A DNA stretch of 64,000 bases from Gaiellales bacterium. Lineage in GTDB: Bacteria > Actinomycetota > Thermoleophilia > Gaiellales > JAICJC01. The stretch's first letter is position 1. Every line of letters begins with the position of its first letter. The DNA is taken from assembly GCA_033856675.1 (NCBI GenBank), contig JAWVEN010000004.1, positions 93,532 to 157,531 of the forward strand. The letters are read 5' to 3'. Below, piece by piece: positions 1 through 8,637 of this stretch. Position numbers and translations under genes: made by a program. Under the pieces are notes generated by a model. The model ran no database searches. It was given only the letters and a program-made list of their open reading frames with translations, and was not told the origin of the DNA.

Positions 1-203
1 CGACCGCGGTGCGACGCGCCATCGAGGAGATCCGTCCGGCGCTCTCGCTGCACGGTCACATCCACGAAGCACGCGGGCACACACGCATTGGCCCCACCCT
101 CTCGATCAATCCGGGCAGCGCGTACGAGCAGGGGGAGCTGCTCGGAGCCCTGATCGAGCTGGATGGAAAGAAGGTCAAGAACTTCGTCCTCACCAGCGGC
201 TGA
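1..203 (+). CDS. Metallophosphoesterase, C-terminal fragment (5' end off window)
   Basis: Frame of ORF 9..203 stays open to the left edge. The motif LHGHIHE is the terminal GH.H motif of calcineurin-like phosphoesterases. Stop is TGA at 201-203. Confidence 0.55.
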   Translation, partial: TAVRRAIEEIRPALSLHGHIHEARGHTRIGPTLSINPGSAYEQGELLGALIELDGKKVKNFVLTSG

Positions 204-266
204 AAGGAGGCTCCTGCCGGGCGCAACCGGCGAGTGTAGTTCCTTGGTCATTGAAAGGAGGGGTTC

Positions 267-1919
267 ATGGCAGCGGCTGACGTTCCGGCTGAAAGCACGC
301 TGTTCGTTCGCAAGGCGACCGGCCTCGTCAAGGGTTGGTCTGTGTTCGACGCCTTCATCTACTCGGCGTTCGCGATCAACCTCATGGCGCTCGGGTTCGG
401 GTACGCCTTCACCACGATCGCGTTCATACCGAAGGGCGCGATCATCGCCGGCGTCATCCTGTCGGCGCTGTTCATCATCTTCGAGACGCTTGTCTATGCG
501 TCGCTGATCGCGGTCATGCCCAGGGCCGGGGGTGACTACATCTGGCAGAGCCGTGTGCTGCACGGCAGCGTCGGGTTCATCTTCGCGGCCACCGGCTGGT
601 GGTTCATCCTCTGGCACTGGGTTCCGATCTACGCCAACATCCTCGTGCTCGAGGTGATCCAGCCGATCATGGTCATCCTCGGCAACACCGGCACCGGCTT
701 GTTCGAGTCGGACTGGTGGGTCTACTCGCCGACGCACGGCGCCGGCATCTTCGTGGCGTCACTCCTCACGGCGGCCATTGCGACCGTCGTGGTTGCCGTC
801 GGCATGCGCACCTACGCCCAGTTCCAGAAGTGGTGCTTCTACGGCGGCATGGTGGGCCTCGTGATCATCCTGCTGGTGTTCGCCTTCCACTCGAAGTCGG
901 ACTTCATCAGCGCGTTCAACCGCAGCGCGCAGGACCTGTACGGCTACACGGGAACGAACGCATTCCAGGAGCTCCAGGCGGCGAGCGACGAGGCGGGCAC
1001 GTCGTCCTATCCAGGCTTCAGCTCGTTCCCGGTGAAGGAGACGTTCCTGCTCATACCGTTCCTGGTCTTCTACAACCTGTGGCCGAACTGGGGCGCAACG
1101 CTCTACGGTGAGGTGAAGGGGGCCAGCGACTTCCGTCGCAACATCTACGCGATGGCTGGAGCCCTGATCTTCACCACCCTCGTGGTCATCGTCACGTTCG
1201 CGGCGATGTCGCATGCGATGGGCTTCGAGACCTACGGGATCATGAGCTCGGCGTTCTGGGCCTACTTCGAGGCGCCGATCGCACCATTCCCCTACCCGGG
1301 GACGCTTGCTGCGTTCTTCTTCGAGAACGCCTTGGTGCAGCTCGTCATCATCGTGTTGCTCTCACTGTGGTTCTTCGGCTGGGCGGGGAGTGTGTTCCTG
1401 TCGAGCACGCGGATGATCTTCGCCGCGGCGTTCGACCGCATCCTGCCGGAGCGTGTGGCGCAGGTTCAGGGCCGAAGCGGGGTGCCGCTCGTGGCCCTGG
1501 CGTTGATGGTGCTTCCATCCATTCCCATCAGCTACTTCTATGCCTACAACACGACCTTCTACAAGTCCACGCTCGACGCCACGCTCGTGATCGCCGCGAC
1601 GTTCGCCGTGACGACATTCTCGGCAATCCTGTTGCCGTGGCGGCGACCTGACATCTACAACCAGTCGCCGATCGCGAAGTACAAGCCATTCGGGATCCCG
1701 CTGATCACGCTCTCGGGCGTGGTGTTCCTCGGGTTCCTGCTGTTCTGCCTGTACAAGTGGCTGTTCGACGACATCTACTTCGTCAACAACAGCACCTCGT
1801 TGAAGTACATGGCCGGGCTGTACGTCCTGGCGGCCGTCATCTACGTCGGCTCTCGCATCATGCGCAAGCGAGAGGGCATCGACCTGGACAGGATCAACGC
1901 AGAGATCCCTGTCGAGTGA
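267..1919 (+). CDS. APC-superfamily amino acid/polyamine permease
   Basis: 550-aa polytopic hydrophobic protein with about 12 predicted TM stretches. The N-terminal pattern (KGWSVFDAFIYSAFAINL...) is typical of APC permeases. A strong SD (GAAAGGAGGGG) precedes the ATG. Confidence 0.75.
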   Translation: MAAADVPAESTLFVRKATGLVKGWSVFDAFIYSAFAINLMALGFGYAFTTIAFIPKGAIIAGVILSALFIIFETLVYASLIAVMPRAGGDYIWQSRVLHGSVGFIFAATGWWFILWHWVPIYANILVLEVIQPIMVILGNTGTGLFESDWWVYSPTHGAGIFVASLLTAAIATVVVAVGMRTYAQFQKWCFYGGMVGLVIILLVFAFHSKSDFISAFNRSAQDLYGYTGTNAFQELQAASDEAGTSSYPGFSSFPVKETFLLIPFLVFYNLWPNWGATLYGEVKGASDFRRNIYAMAGALIFTTLVVIVTFAAMSHAMGFETYGIMSSAFWAYFEAPIAPFPYPGTLAAFFFENALVQLVIIVLLSLWFFGWAGSVFLSSTRMIFAAAFDRILPERVAQVQGRSGVPLVALALMVLPSIPISYFYAYNTTFYKSTLDATLVIAATFAVTTFSAILLPWRRPDIYNQSPIAKYKPFGIPLITLSGVVFLGFLLFCLYKWLFDDIYFVNNSTSLKYMAGLYVLAAVIYVGSRIMRKREGIDLDRINAEIPVE

Positions 1920-1981
1920 TCGTCTCGGGTGGGGTGGGGCGAACGCCTCACCCCACCGCATTCCCGCGGTAGAACTCGCTG

Positions 1982-3310
1982 ATGGCCGCCGATCCCCGGA
2001 TGCCGCGCGATCGCGAGATCGTCGCCATCGCGCTGCCCGCGCTCGGTGCGCTCACGGCCGGGCCCCTGTACGTGCTCGGCGACACGGCGGTCGTGGGGCA
2101 CCTCGGCACGGTGCCACTGGCCGGCCTGGCTGTCGCGGGGCTCCTGCTGGCCGAGGTGCTGGCGTTCTGCACGTTCCTCGAGTACGGCACGACCGCTCGG
2201 GCTGCGCGTCTCTACGGTGCTGGAGCGCACGAGGACGCCCTCGACGTCGGTGTGCAGGCCACGTGGCTGGCGCTCGCGATCGGCCTGGCCCTGACCGTCG
2301 TGCTCGAGATCGTCGCGGGCCCGGCAGTGCGGCTGATCGCGGGCGGGGACACGCCGGCGGCGCGCCAGGGGATCGAATGGATGCGCATCGCCGCTCTGGG
2401 AGCGCCGTTCGTGCTGATCACGGCCGCGGCGCAGGGGTGGCTGCGAGCGTTCCAGAACACCCGCACGCCGCTCTACGTCCTTGCAGCCGCAAACCTTATC
2501 AGCATTGGGCTTTCGGTGCTCCTGATCGTCGGCCTGGGGTTCGGCATAGAGGGCTCTGCCATCGCGAACGTGGTGGCCCAGGCCGCTTCGGCGCTCCTCT
2601 TCCTCAGGCTGCTCGCACGCCGCAGGGTGCCGCTCGCGCCCTCGTGGCCTCGCATTCGGGCCCAGTTCCGTGCCGCGGGCGACCTCACCGTCCGAACGGG
2701 GGCCTTCTTCGTCGCGTTCACCGTCGCGGCGGCGGTCGCAGCGAGGATGGGCGATGCGCAGGTGGCGGCACATCAGATCGGCGCCCAATTGTGGGTCTTG
2801 GGCGCGCTGTTCCTCGACTCGACGGCGATCGCCGCGCAGGCACTGGTCGGCAAACTGCTCGGCGCGCATGCTGTCGATGTGGCGGAGGCCCTGGCGCGCC
2901 GGATCGTCACTGCGGGGCTGGGGCTTGGCCTCATCTTCGCGGGCGTGCTCGCGGCCGGCCACGACGTGATCCCGGCGCTCTTCACCGGAGACGAAGAGGT
3001 GCGCCGCCAGGCAAGTGAGCTGTGGCCCTGGCTTGTGCTGATGATGCCGATCAACGGCGTGCTGTTTGCCCTTGACGGCGTGCTCATGGGCGCCGGCGAC
3101 CTGAGGTACATGCGCAATGTGACGATCGCCGCGGCGCTGCTCGGATACCTGCCCCTGTCGCTTGCCACCGCGGAGTTCGACTGGGGCCTGACCGGCATCT
3201 GGCTCGGACTTTCTGCGTTCGTTTGGGTCCGTTTTGCCGTTGGGCTCGTACGATGGATGAGCAGACGCTGGTTGATCGGCGGTACCCGGACGGTGGACGA
3301 GTCCCGATGA
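1982..3310 (+). CDS. MATE family efflux transporter (DinF-like)
   Basis: 442-aa, 12-TM-like protein. The N-terminus (REIVAIALPALGALTAGPLYVLGDTAVVGHLG) is the characteristic MATE/DinF opening. Confidence 0.8.
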   Translation: MAADPRMPRDREIVAIALPALGALTAGPLYVLGDTAVVGHLGTVPLAGLAVAGLLLAEVLAFCTFLEYGTTARAARLYGAGAHEDALDVGVQATWLALAIGLALTVVLEIVAGPAVRLIAGGDTPAARQGIEWMRIAALGAPFVLITAAAQGWLRAFQNTRTPLYVLAAANLISIGLSVLLIVGLGFGIEGSAIANVVAQAASALLFLRLLARRRVPLAPSWPRIRAQFRAAGDLTVRTGAFFVAFTVAAAVAARMGDAQVAAHQIGAQLWVLGALFLDSTAIAAQALVGKLLGAHAVDVAEALARRIVTAGLGLGLIFAGVLAAGHDVIPALFTGDEEVRRQASELWPWLVLMMPINGVLFALDGVLMGAGDLRYMRNVTIAAALLGYLPLSLATAEFDWGLTGIWLGLSAFVWVRFAVGLVRWMSRRWLIGGTRTVDESR

Positions 3311-3413
3311 CTTACCATCCTTACGAACTTCGTACAGTCTGTCCCCTCTTTGGGGTACATCTCCAGCGGGGGCATGTGCGAATCTGTAATCGCGGAAGGA
3401 GTGAGTCGAAACT

Positions 3414-4583
3414 GTGCGGCCCAGCGGGCCTCCTGACAACAGCCGAGGAATGATCACGCGGTCGCGCGGAATGGGCGCCTCGGCGATGCTTGGCATCGCC
3501 GTGATCGCCAGCTATGGCGCCCTGGGCGCCGTCGCGCTGAACGCCGTTGAGCTCGGCAGCGTGCTCAGCTTCCCGGGTCGTGCGGTGGACGCCGTGATCA
3601 GGGTCGACGCGCATCCCTTCAGCGCCGAGCCGCCGTCGACCGGCGGCTACGCAAATCCCGGCGGCGGCGAATCGAGCGGCGGCGGGGGTGGCGGCTCAGA
3701 TGGCGGCAGCGGCGGTGGCGGTAGCGGTGGCGGTGACCAGGGCGGCGGCTCCGGCACGCCTCCGACACCTCCGGCTCCTCCGGGCGGTGGCGGTGGCGGC
3801 AACGACGGCGGCGGTAACGGTGGCGGCGGTAATGGTGGCGGTGGGGGTGACGGCGGCGGCAATGGTGACGGTGACGGCGACGGTGACGGCAACGGAAACC
3901 CGAGGCCGAGCCCGCCGGTCTGTCCCGTCGACAACCCGTGGCACCACGATGACGAGTCTGACGATCTCGAGCTCGCCGGCGAGGCGGCAAGCCTTGGGCT
4001 CACGCTGCAGCGCTGGGGCGGCTGGGATGGCGGCAACGACGAGTGCAAGCCCGACGACGACGACGATCACGGCCACCAGGACGGTGATGGCGGCGACGGG
4101 GGCGATCATGGCCGCGGCGATGACGACAACGACCACGGTGGATGGTGGAAGAAGCGCCACCATCATCGTGGGCACGGCCACCATCATGGGCATGGCAAGA
4201 AGCACCATGGGCATGGCAAGAAGCAGCACGGGCATGGCCAGAAGCAGCATGGCCAGTGGAAGAAGCGCCACGGCCACCACAAGAAGCACGATCGGCACGG
4301 CACGAAGCGCCACGGCCAACACCGCAAGCACGATGGCCAGTGGAAGCAGCGCCACGGCCACCACCGCAAGCACGATGGCCACGGGAAGAAGCGGCACGGG
4401 CATCGTCATGGCTCCGGGCATCACCGGCACGGCGACAATCGCAGCGAAGTGAAAGACAAGCACTCCTCGCGGAGCGGGCACGGCGACCGGAAGCATCAGC
4501 GCGCCGACCGGCATCATCGCGGGGACGGCGGCCACGGGACGTCGAAGCACCGCCATCGCGGCGGCAAGCACTGGCGTGGCTGA
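3414..4583 (+). CDS. Membrane-anchored low-complexity protein (Gly-rich, Asp-rich, then His/Lys/Arg-rich repeats)
   Basis: GTG start 12 nt after GGAAGGAG. One N-terminal hydrophobic helix (MLGIAVIASYGALGAVALNAV). This is followed by poly-G/S/D/N, an acidic DDDDDHGH block and about 150 aa of HGHGKK/HGHHRKHD-type repeats. All six frames are open here, so the frame choice rests on the SD and the TM helix. Confidence 0.5.
   Translation: MRPSGPPDNSRGMITRSRGMGASAMLGIAVIASYGALGAVALNAVELGSVLSFPGRAVDAVIRVDAHPFSAEPPSTGGYANPGGGESSGGGGGGSDGGSGGGGSGGGDQGGGSGTPPTPPAPPGGGGGGNDGGGNGGGGNGGGGGDGGGNGDGDGDGDGNGNPRPSPPVCPVDNPWHHDDESDDLELAGEAASLGLTLQRWGGWDGGNDECKPDDDDDHGHQDGDGGDGGDHGRGDDDNDHGGWWKKRHHHRGHGHHHGHGKKHHGHGKKQHGHGQKQHGQWKKRHGHHKKHDRHGTKRHGQHRKHDGQWKQRHGHHRKHDGHGKKRHGHRHGSGHHRHGDNRSEVKDKHSSRSGHGDRKHQRADRHHRGDGGHGTSKHRHRGGKHWRG
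3650..4560. repeat. Codon-level low-complexity repeat tract (GGY/GAY triplets, then CAY-GGC-AAG-type imperfect tandem units)
   Basis: Directly visible runs of ggc/ggt/gac triplets at about 3660-3900. Imperfect repeats such as ggccagtggaag(a/c)agcgccacggccaccac recur at about 4250-4370. Confidence 0.6.
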
Positions 4584-4805
4584 CTAGATCGCTTCGACCC
4601 GCTCGACGTACCACACGATCCAGGCGCCCTCGGTCTTCTCGGCCTGGACAACCCGCGCCCCAGGAGGGAACGGCACCTCGGTCCACTCGCGGCTGAGCCC
4701 GCGGACCCCGCTCAGTTCCTCCCTTTGCACCATCATGAACGGGATCACGATCCTCGAAAGGACCGCATTCTCCGTCGAACCTTCAAGATCGTCGGCATCA
4801 GTCAT
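4584..4805 (-). CDS. Hypothetical small protein (73 aa)
   Basis: Internal ATG of ORF 4584..4976, preceded by GAAGGA 7 nt upstream. GC3-rich codons. This start avoids overlap with moeA. No recognisable family. Confidence 0.4.
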   Translation of the reverse strand: MTDADDLEGSTENAVLSRIVIPFMMVQREELSGVRGLSREWTEVPFPPGARVVQAEKTEGAWIVWYVERVEAI

Positions 4806-4848
4806 GGGCGATCCTTCGCCGCGGCCCATCACTATCCTTGATGTCGAG

Positions 4849-6066
4849 ATGAGCGAGTTCTTCACGGTGCGGACGGTGTCCGACGCGATCGCCGGCTTTC
4901 GCCCGCCGCACCGCACGGCCGTCGAGCAGATCGGAGTCGCCGACGCATTCGGCCGAGTCGTCGCCGCCACGGTCACCGCGCCCGGGCCTCTGCCTGGCTT
5001 CTCTCGCAGCGCCGTTGACGGCTATGCCGTCCGCTCGGCCGACACGCATGGCGCCGGCGAGGGCCTTCCGGCTTACCTCGATCTCAACGGCGCCGTCCGC
5101 ATGGGTGAGCTGCCCTCGGACGGCGTGGGTCCAGGGAGCGCCATGGAGATGCCGACCGGCGGAGCGCTCCCGGAGGGAGCCGATGCCGTGGTCATGGTGG
5201 AGCACACGGCGGCGGTCGACGAGCGCCGGATCGAGGTCACGCGGTCGGTGGCCTCGGGAGACAACGTCATCAGGATGGACGACGACGTCGCAGAGGGCGC
5301 CACGCTCGTTCGCGAAGGGCATCGGCTGCGCCCGCATGACATCGGGCTGCTGGCGGCCGCGGGCGTCGTCGAGGTGTCGGTGCATCGACCCCCTGTGGTC
5401 GCACTGATCTCGACGGGGGACGAGGTGGTCGACGCAGCTGAAACACCCCAGGGTGCGCAGGTGCGAGACGCCAATGCCCCCGCGCTGTCTGCGCTGGTGC
5501 GCGAGCTGGGCGGCGAGGCGCTGGCCTTCGGCATCGTGCCGGACGACCCCGAACACCTCGAGCGTGTCTGCCGTGAGGCGCTCCAGCGCAGCGACGTGGT
5601 GGTTGTGTCGGCCGGCTCGTCGGTGGGAGCACGGGACGCGACGGCCACCGTCGTCGAGCGCCTCGGCGAGCCTGGGGTGTGGTGCCACGGGCTCGCCTTG
5701 AAGCCGGGCAAACCCACGCTGCTGGCCGATGTCGGCGGCAAACCGGTGATTGGCCTTCCCGGCAATCCCGTTTCCGCTCTCGTCGTGATGCGTCTGGTGG
5801 GCGGTCCGGTAGTGGCCCGAGCCGGCGGACAGACCGAGGATCCGGTGCCGCCGCTGGTCCACGCCAGACTGGCGCGGAACGTCGCCTCGACCGCCGGTCG
5901 CACGGACGTCGTGCAGGTGGCGTTGCGGGGCGACGAAGCGGTGCCGCTGTTCGGGAAGGCCGCGTTGCTTTCGGTGATGACCCGTGCAGACGGTTTTCTC
6001 GTGATCCCCGAGGACGTCCAGGGCTTTGCCGAGGGCACGGTCGTCGACGTGGTGCCCTACCGGTGA
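4849..6066 (+). CDS. moeA: Molybdopterin molybdenum/tungsten transferase MoeA
   Basis: MoeA N, linker and C-terminal domain motifs (SAVDGYAV, MPTGGALPEGADAVV, LISTGDEVV, GLALKPGKPT, GLPGNPVSA). Start trimmed to the ATG at 4849 (MSEFF...); in-frame alternatives exist at 4735 and 4804. Confidence 0.85.
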   Translation: MSEFFTVRTVSDAIAGFRPPHRTAVEQIGVADAFGRVVAATVTAPGPLPGFSRSAVDGYAVRSADTHGAGEGLPAYLDLNGAVRMGELPSDGVGPGSAMEMPTGGALPEGADAVVMVEHTAAVDERRIEVTRSVASGDNVIRMDDDVAEGATLVREGHRLRPHDIGLLAAAGVVEVSVHRPPVVALISTGDEVVDAAETPQGAQVRDANAPALSALVRELGGEALAFGIVPDDPEHLERVCREALQRSDVVVVSAGSSVGARDATATVVERLGEPGVWCHGLALKPGKPTLLADVGGKPVIGLPGNPVSALVVMRLVGGPVVARAGGQTEDPVPPLVHARLARNVASTAGRTDVVQVALRGDEAVPLFGKAALLSVMTRADGFLVIPEDVQGFAEGTVVDVVPYR

Positions 6067-8003
6067 GCGGGCGCCATCCGTTCGGCGGCGCGGGCGGCCG
6101 CCACTACCTCGAGGACGTTCCGCTGCCCGAGGCGCGGGCGCGTTGGGCGGCCGCGTTCGAGCGTGGCGGGGTGACGCTGCCGCTCCCCGTCGAGCGTGTG
6201 CCGGTGGAGGAGGCTCTGGGACGAGTCACCGCGGAGCCCGTCTGGGCGACCCGGTCGTCCCCGCCGTTCGACTCGGCCGCAATGGACGGTGTGGCGGTCA
6301 GGGCGTCCGACACGGTGGGTGCCAGCGAGACAACGCCCGTGCTGCTGCGCCTGGGCGAGGACGCCGTCCCCGTCGACACGGGTGACGCGATGCCTGCGGG
6401 CCAGGACGCCGTGATCATGCTGGAGCACCTGCAGCGGCGCGGCGACGAGGTGGAGATCCTGACCGCGGTACCGCCGTACCAGCACGTCCGCCACATCGGG
6501 GAAGACGTCACCGCAACGGAGCTGTTGCTGCCGGAGGGTCACCGCCTGCGGGCGCCGGATCTTGCGAGTGCGGCGGCCGCCGGTGCCACGAAGATCGCAG
6601 TGCGGCGCCGCCCACAGGTCGGCGTCCTGCCGACCGGGGACGAGCTTGTGCCCATCGGCGAGCAGCCCGGCCCCGGCCAGATCGTCGACACCAACGGGCT
6701 GATGCTGGCGGCACAGGTGCAGGAGGCAGGAGCGGTGGCCGAGCGGCATCCGATCGTGCGCGATGACCGCGAGGCGCTGAAGGGGGCCATCCTCGATCTC
6801 GCCGGCCGATGCGATCTCGTGCTCGTGAACGCCGGTTCCTCTGCCGGCGCCGACGATCACACCGCCGGGCTGATCGAGGAGCTTGGGGATCTCGCCGTGC
6901 ACGGAGTTGCGGTGAAGCCGGGCCACCCGGTCGTGCTCGGCGTCGTTTCGGGGACGCCGGTAATCGGCGTGCCCGGGTACCCGGTCTCGGCGGCCCTCAC
7001 CTTCGAGATCTTCGCGCTCCCGCTGCTTGCACAGATGGAGGGCGCGCCGCAGGTCGAGCGCCCACGGGTCTCCGCCCGCCTTGCCCGCAAGCTCGCCTCC
7101 TCGCTGGGCGAGGACGAGTATGTCCGCGTCCGGCTGGGGCGCGTCGGCGCGGGACTGGTGGCAGCGCCGCTCTCCCGTGGCGCTGGAGTGCTGACCTCGC
7201 TGGTGCGCGCCGACGGGCTCCTGCGCGTGCCCGCGGCGGAGGAAGGGCTTCACGCCGGCAGCATCGTCGACGTCGACCTGCTGCGCGCCATGGCCGAAGT
7301 CGAGCACGCCATCATCGCCGTCGGCTCCCACGACCTCGTGCTGGATCTCGCGAGCAGCGCGCTTCGGCGCCGCGATCCGCGGTTGTCGCTTGCGTCCAGC
7401 AACGTCGGCAGCCTGGGTGGGCTGATCGCCGTTCGGGACGGCCTCTGCCACCTTGCGGGGAGCCATCTGCTCGACCCCGACACCGGCCGCTACACCTGGC
7501 CCGACGTCCACCGGGTGCTGGGCGATCGTCCCGTGGAGATCGTACGGCTCGCCCGCCGGCAGCAGGGGCTGATCGTCCCGCCCGGCAACCCCGCGGGCCT
7601 GCGCAGCCTCGAGGACATCGTCGGCTTCGACGTCACCTACGTCAACCGCCAGCGCGGGTCCGGCACCCGCGTGTTGCTGGATCACGAGCTGGAAAGGCTG
7701 GGCGCCGGGGCCGACGACGTGCGCGGATACGTCCGGGAGGAGTACACGCATCTGGCGGTGGCAGCCGCTGTGGCATCCGGCCGTGCGGACTGCGGCCTCG
7801 GCATTCTGGCCGCAGCCCGCGCCTTCGGCCTCGGGTTCGTCCCGGTTGCGTGGGAGCCCTACGACCTCGTCATCCCTGAGCGAAGCCCGGTGCTCGAACC
7901 GCTGTTCGACCTGCTGGCCGACGAGCGATTTGCCCGGGAGGTCGAGGAGCTCGGCGGCTATGACGCCTCCGAGATGGGCGATGCCGTGCCCGACAACGCA
8001 TAA
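6063..8003 (+). CDS. moeA: MoeA paralog fused to a C-terminal PBP-like (periplasmic-binding-protein fold) domain
   Basis: GTG at 6063 overlaps the upstream TGA (GTGA). MoeA motifs are present (AAMDGVAVRA, VLPTGDELV, GVAVKPGHPV, GVPGYPVSA). An extra domain of about 230 aa follows (AVGSHDLVLDL...NVGSLGGL...NRQRGSGTR), resembling the PBP_like domain seen on some MoeA and ModE-type proteins. The ORF-track N-terminal extension (5679-6062) is an Arg-rich alternate frame of the upstream gene. Confidence 0.8.
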   Translation: MSGRHPFGGAGGRHYLEDVPLPEARARWAAAFERGGVTLPLPVERVPVEEALGRVTAEPVWATRSSPPFDSAAMDGVAVRASDTVGASETTPVLLRLGEDAVPVDTGDAMPAGQDAVIMLEHLQRRGDEVEILTAVPPYQHVRHIGEDVTATELLLPEGHRLRAPDLASAAAAGATKIAVRRRPQVGVLPTGDELVPIGEQPGPGQIVDTNGLMLAAQVQEAGAVAERHPIVRDDREALKGAILDLAGRCDLVLVNAGSSAGADDHTAGLIEELGDLAVHGVAVKPGHPVVLGVVSGTPVIGVPGYPVSAALTFEIFALPLLAQMEGAPQVERPRVSARLARKLASSLGEDEYVRVRLGRVGAGLVAAPLSRGAGVLTSLVRADGLLRVPAAEEGLHAGSIVDVDLLRAMAEVEHAIIAVGSHDLVLDLASSALRRRDPRLSLASSNVGSLGGLIAVRDGLCHLAGSHLLDPDTGRYTWPDVHRVLGDRPVEIVRLARRQQGLIVPPGNPAGLRSLEDIVGFDVTYVNRQRGSGTRVLLDHELERLGAGADDVRGYVREEYTHLAVAAAVASGRADCGLGILAAARAFGLGFVPVAWEPYDLVIPERSPVLEPLFDLLADERFAREVEELGGYDASEMGDAVPDNA

Positions 8004-8034
8004 ATCCCGCGGCGATCGGGTATCGTCTGAGGCG

Positions 8035-8415
8035 ATGGAACGCTGGCATATCCCCTCGATCGAGGCGACGGGCAGGCGCGAGCCGCGGGTGCTCTTCTCC
8101 ACCCCCGAGTGCAGGGCGGTGGTGCTCGATCTGCGTGACGGCGAGCGCCTCGGTGACCACAGCGTTCACGAGCGCGCGGTGCTCCAGGTGGTGGCCGGCC
8201 GCGTGAGGATCTCGGCGGGTGGCGAGGACGTTACCTGCGAAGCGGGAACACTGGTTACCTTCGCACCCGGTGAGCGACACTCCGTGGTGGCCAACGGCGA
8301 TGCGCGGCTGCTGCTGATGCTCGCCCCATGGCCGGGCGACGGGCACTACCGGGACGGCACGCTCGTCGACTCGGAGCGGACTCCGGCGAACGCCACCGCC
8401 CGCCCGATGTCCTGA
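8035..8415 (+). CDS. Cupin domain protein
   Basis: 126 aa from the internal ATG. Two-motif cupin pattern (GDHSVHERAVLQVVAGRVRI ... FAPGERHSV). Confidence 0.7.
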   Translation: MERWHIPSIEATGRREPRVLFSTPECRAVVLDLRDGERLGDHSVHERAVLQVVAGRVRISAGGEDVTCEAGTLVTFAPGERHSVVANGDARLLLMLAPWPGDGHYRDGTLVDSERTPANATARPMS

Positions 8416-8637
8416 CGTTCAGCGAGGTGCCTGGCACCTTCGTGAACACGAAGGAACTGGGCCGCGGTTGCCGAAGGGTTACCTTCGCGTTCTTCGCCGG
8501 TGACAAGGACGCGGGACGATTCCCGTTATGGCAACCATCGCGACACGACTCCCAAAGCTCTCCCGCGTCGAGCGGATGTGGCTCCGCTACCTGATCGCCG
8601 ATCTCGAAGGTGACACCGACCGCATGCGGCGCGTCGG

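Noticed and set aside
201-264. Duplicated TGAAAGGAGG motif (201-210 and 250-259) as evidence for a leader peptide upstream of the APC permease
   Set aside because: The first copy is not followed by a usable start codon; the only GTG is immediately followed by TAG. The duplication is probably coincidental with the real SD.
1841-3496. 551-aa minus-strand ORF antisense to the MATE gene
   Set aside because: The translation is R/P/G/A/H-rich with no motifs. It fully overlaps a well-supported transporter gene. This is a typical high-GC antisense artefact.
3647-4048. Proline-rich (PPPPLPPPP) minus-frame ORF and four other open frames across the Gly/His repeat region
   Set aside because: Triplet-repeat DNA lacks stops in every frame. 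Only the + frame from 3414 has an SD, a TM helix and continuity. This is not proven, and is flagged in the findings.
3650-4560. Repeat tract considered as a CRISPR array or other non-coding tandem repeat
   Set aside because: There is no repeat-spacer periodicity. The units are codon-phased (GGY, GAY, CAY-GGC-AAG) and lie inside an ORF with an SD and a TM anchor.
5679-6062. ORF-track N-terminal extensions (5679-6062 of moeA2, 22067-22360 of the triple fusion, 21337-21555 of selA, 29902-30228, 31949-32176, 36416-36583, 39530-39601, 49101-49511)
   Set aside because: The extensions overlap the preceding gene in another frame and are Arg-rich. They are replaced by internal starts that give 4-nt overlaps, SD sequences or canonical family N-termini.
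6057-8102. 681-aa minus-strand ORF antisense to the MoeA-PBP gene
   Set aside because: Low-complexity Arg/Gly/Pro-rich translation. The opposite strand carries clear MoeA motifs.
8413-8445. Possible Sec read-through of the cupin TGA with a downstream hairpin (GGTGCC/GGCACC) acting as a SECIS
   Set aside because: Read-through would add only nine residues (RSARCLAPS) before another TGA. The hairpin has essentially no loop. There is no family precedent, so a terminator-type structure is more likely.
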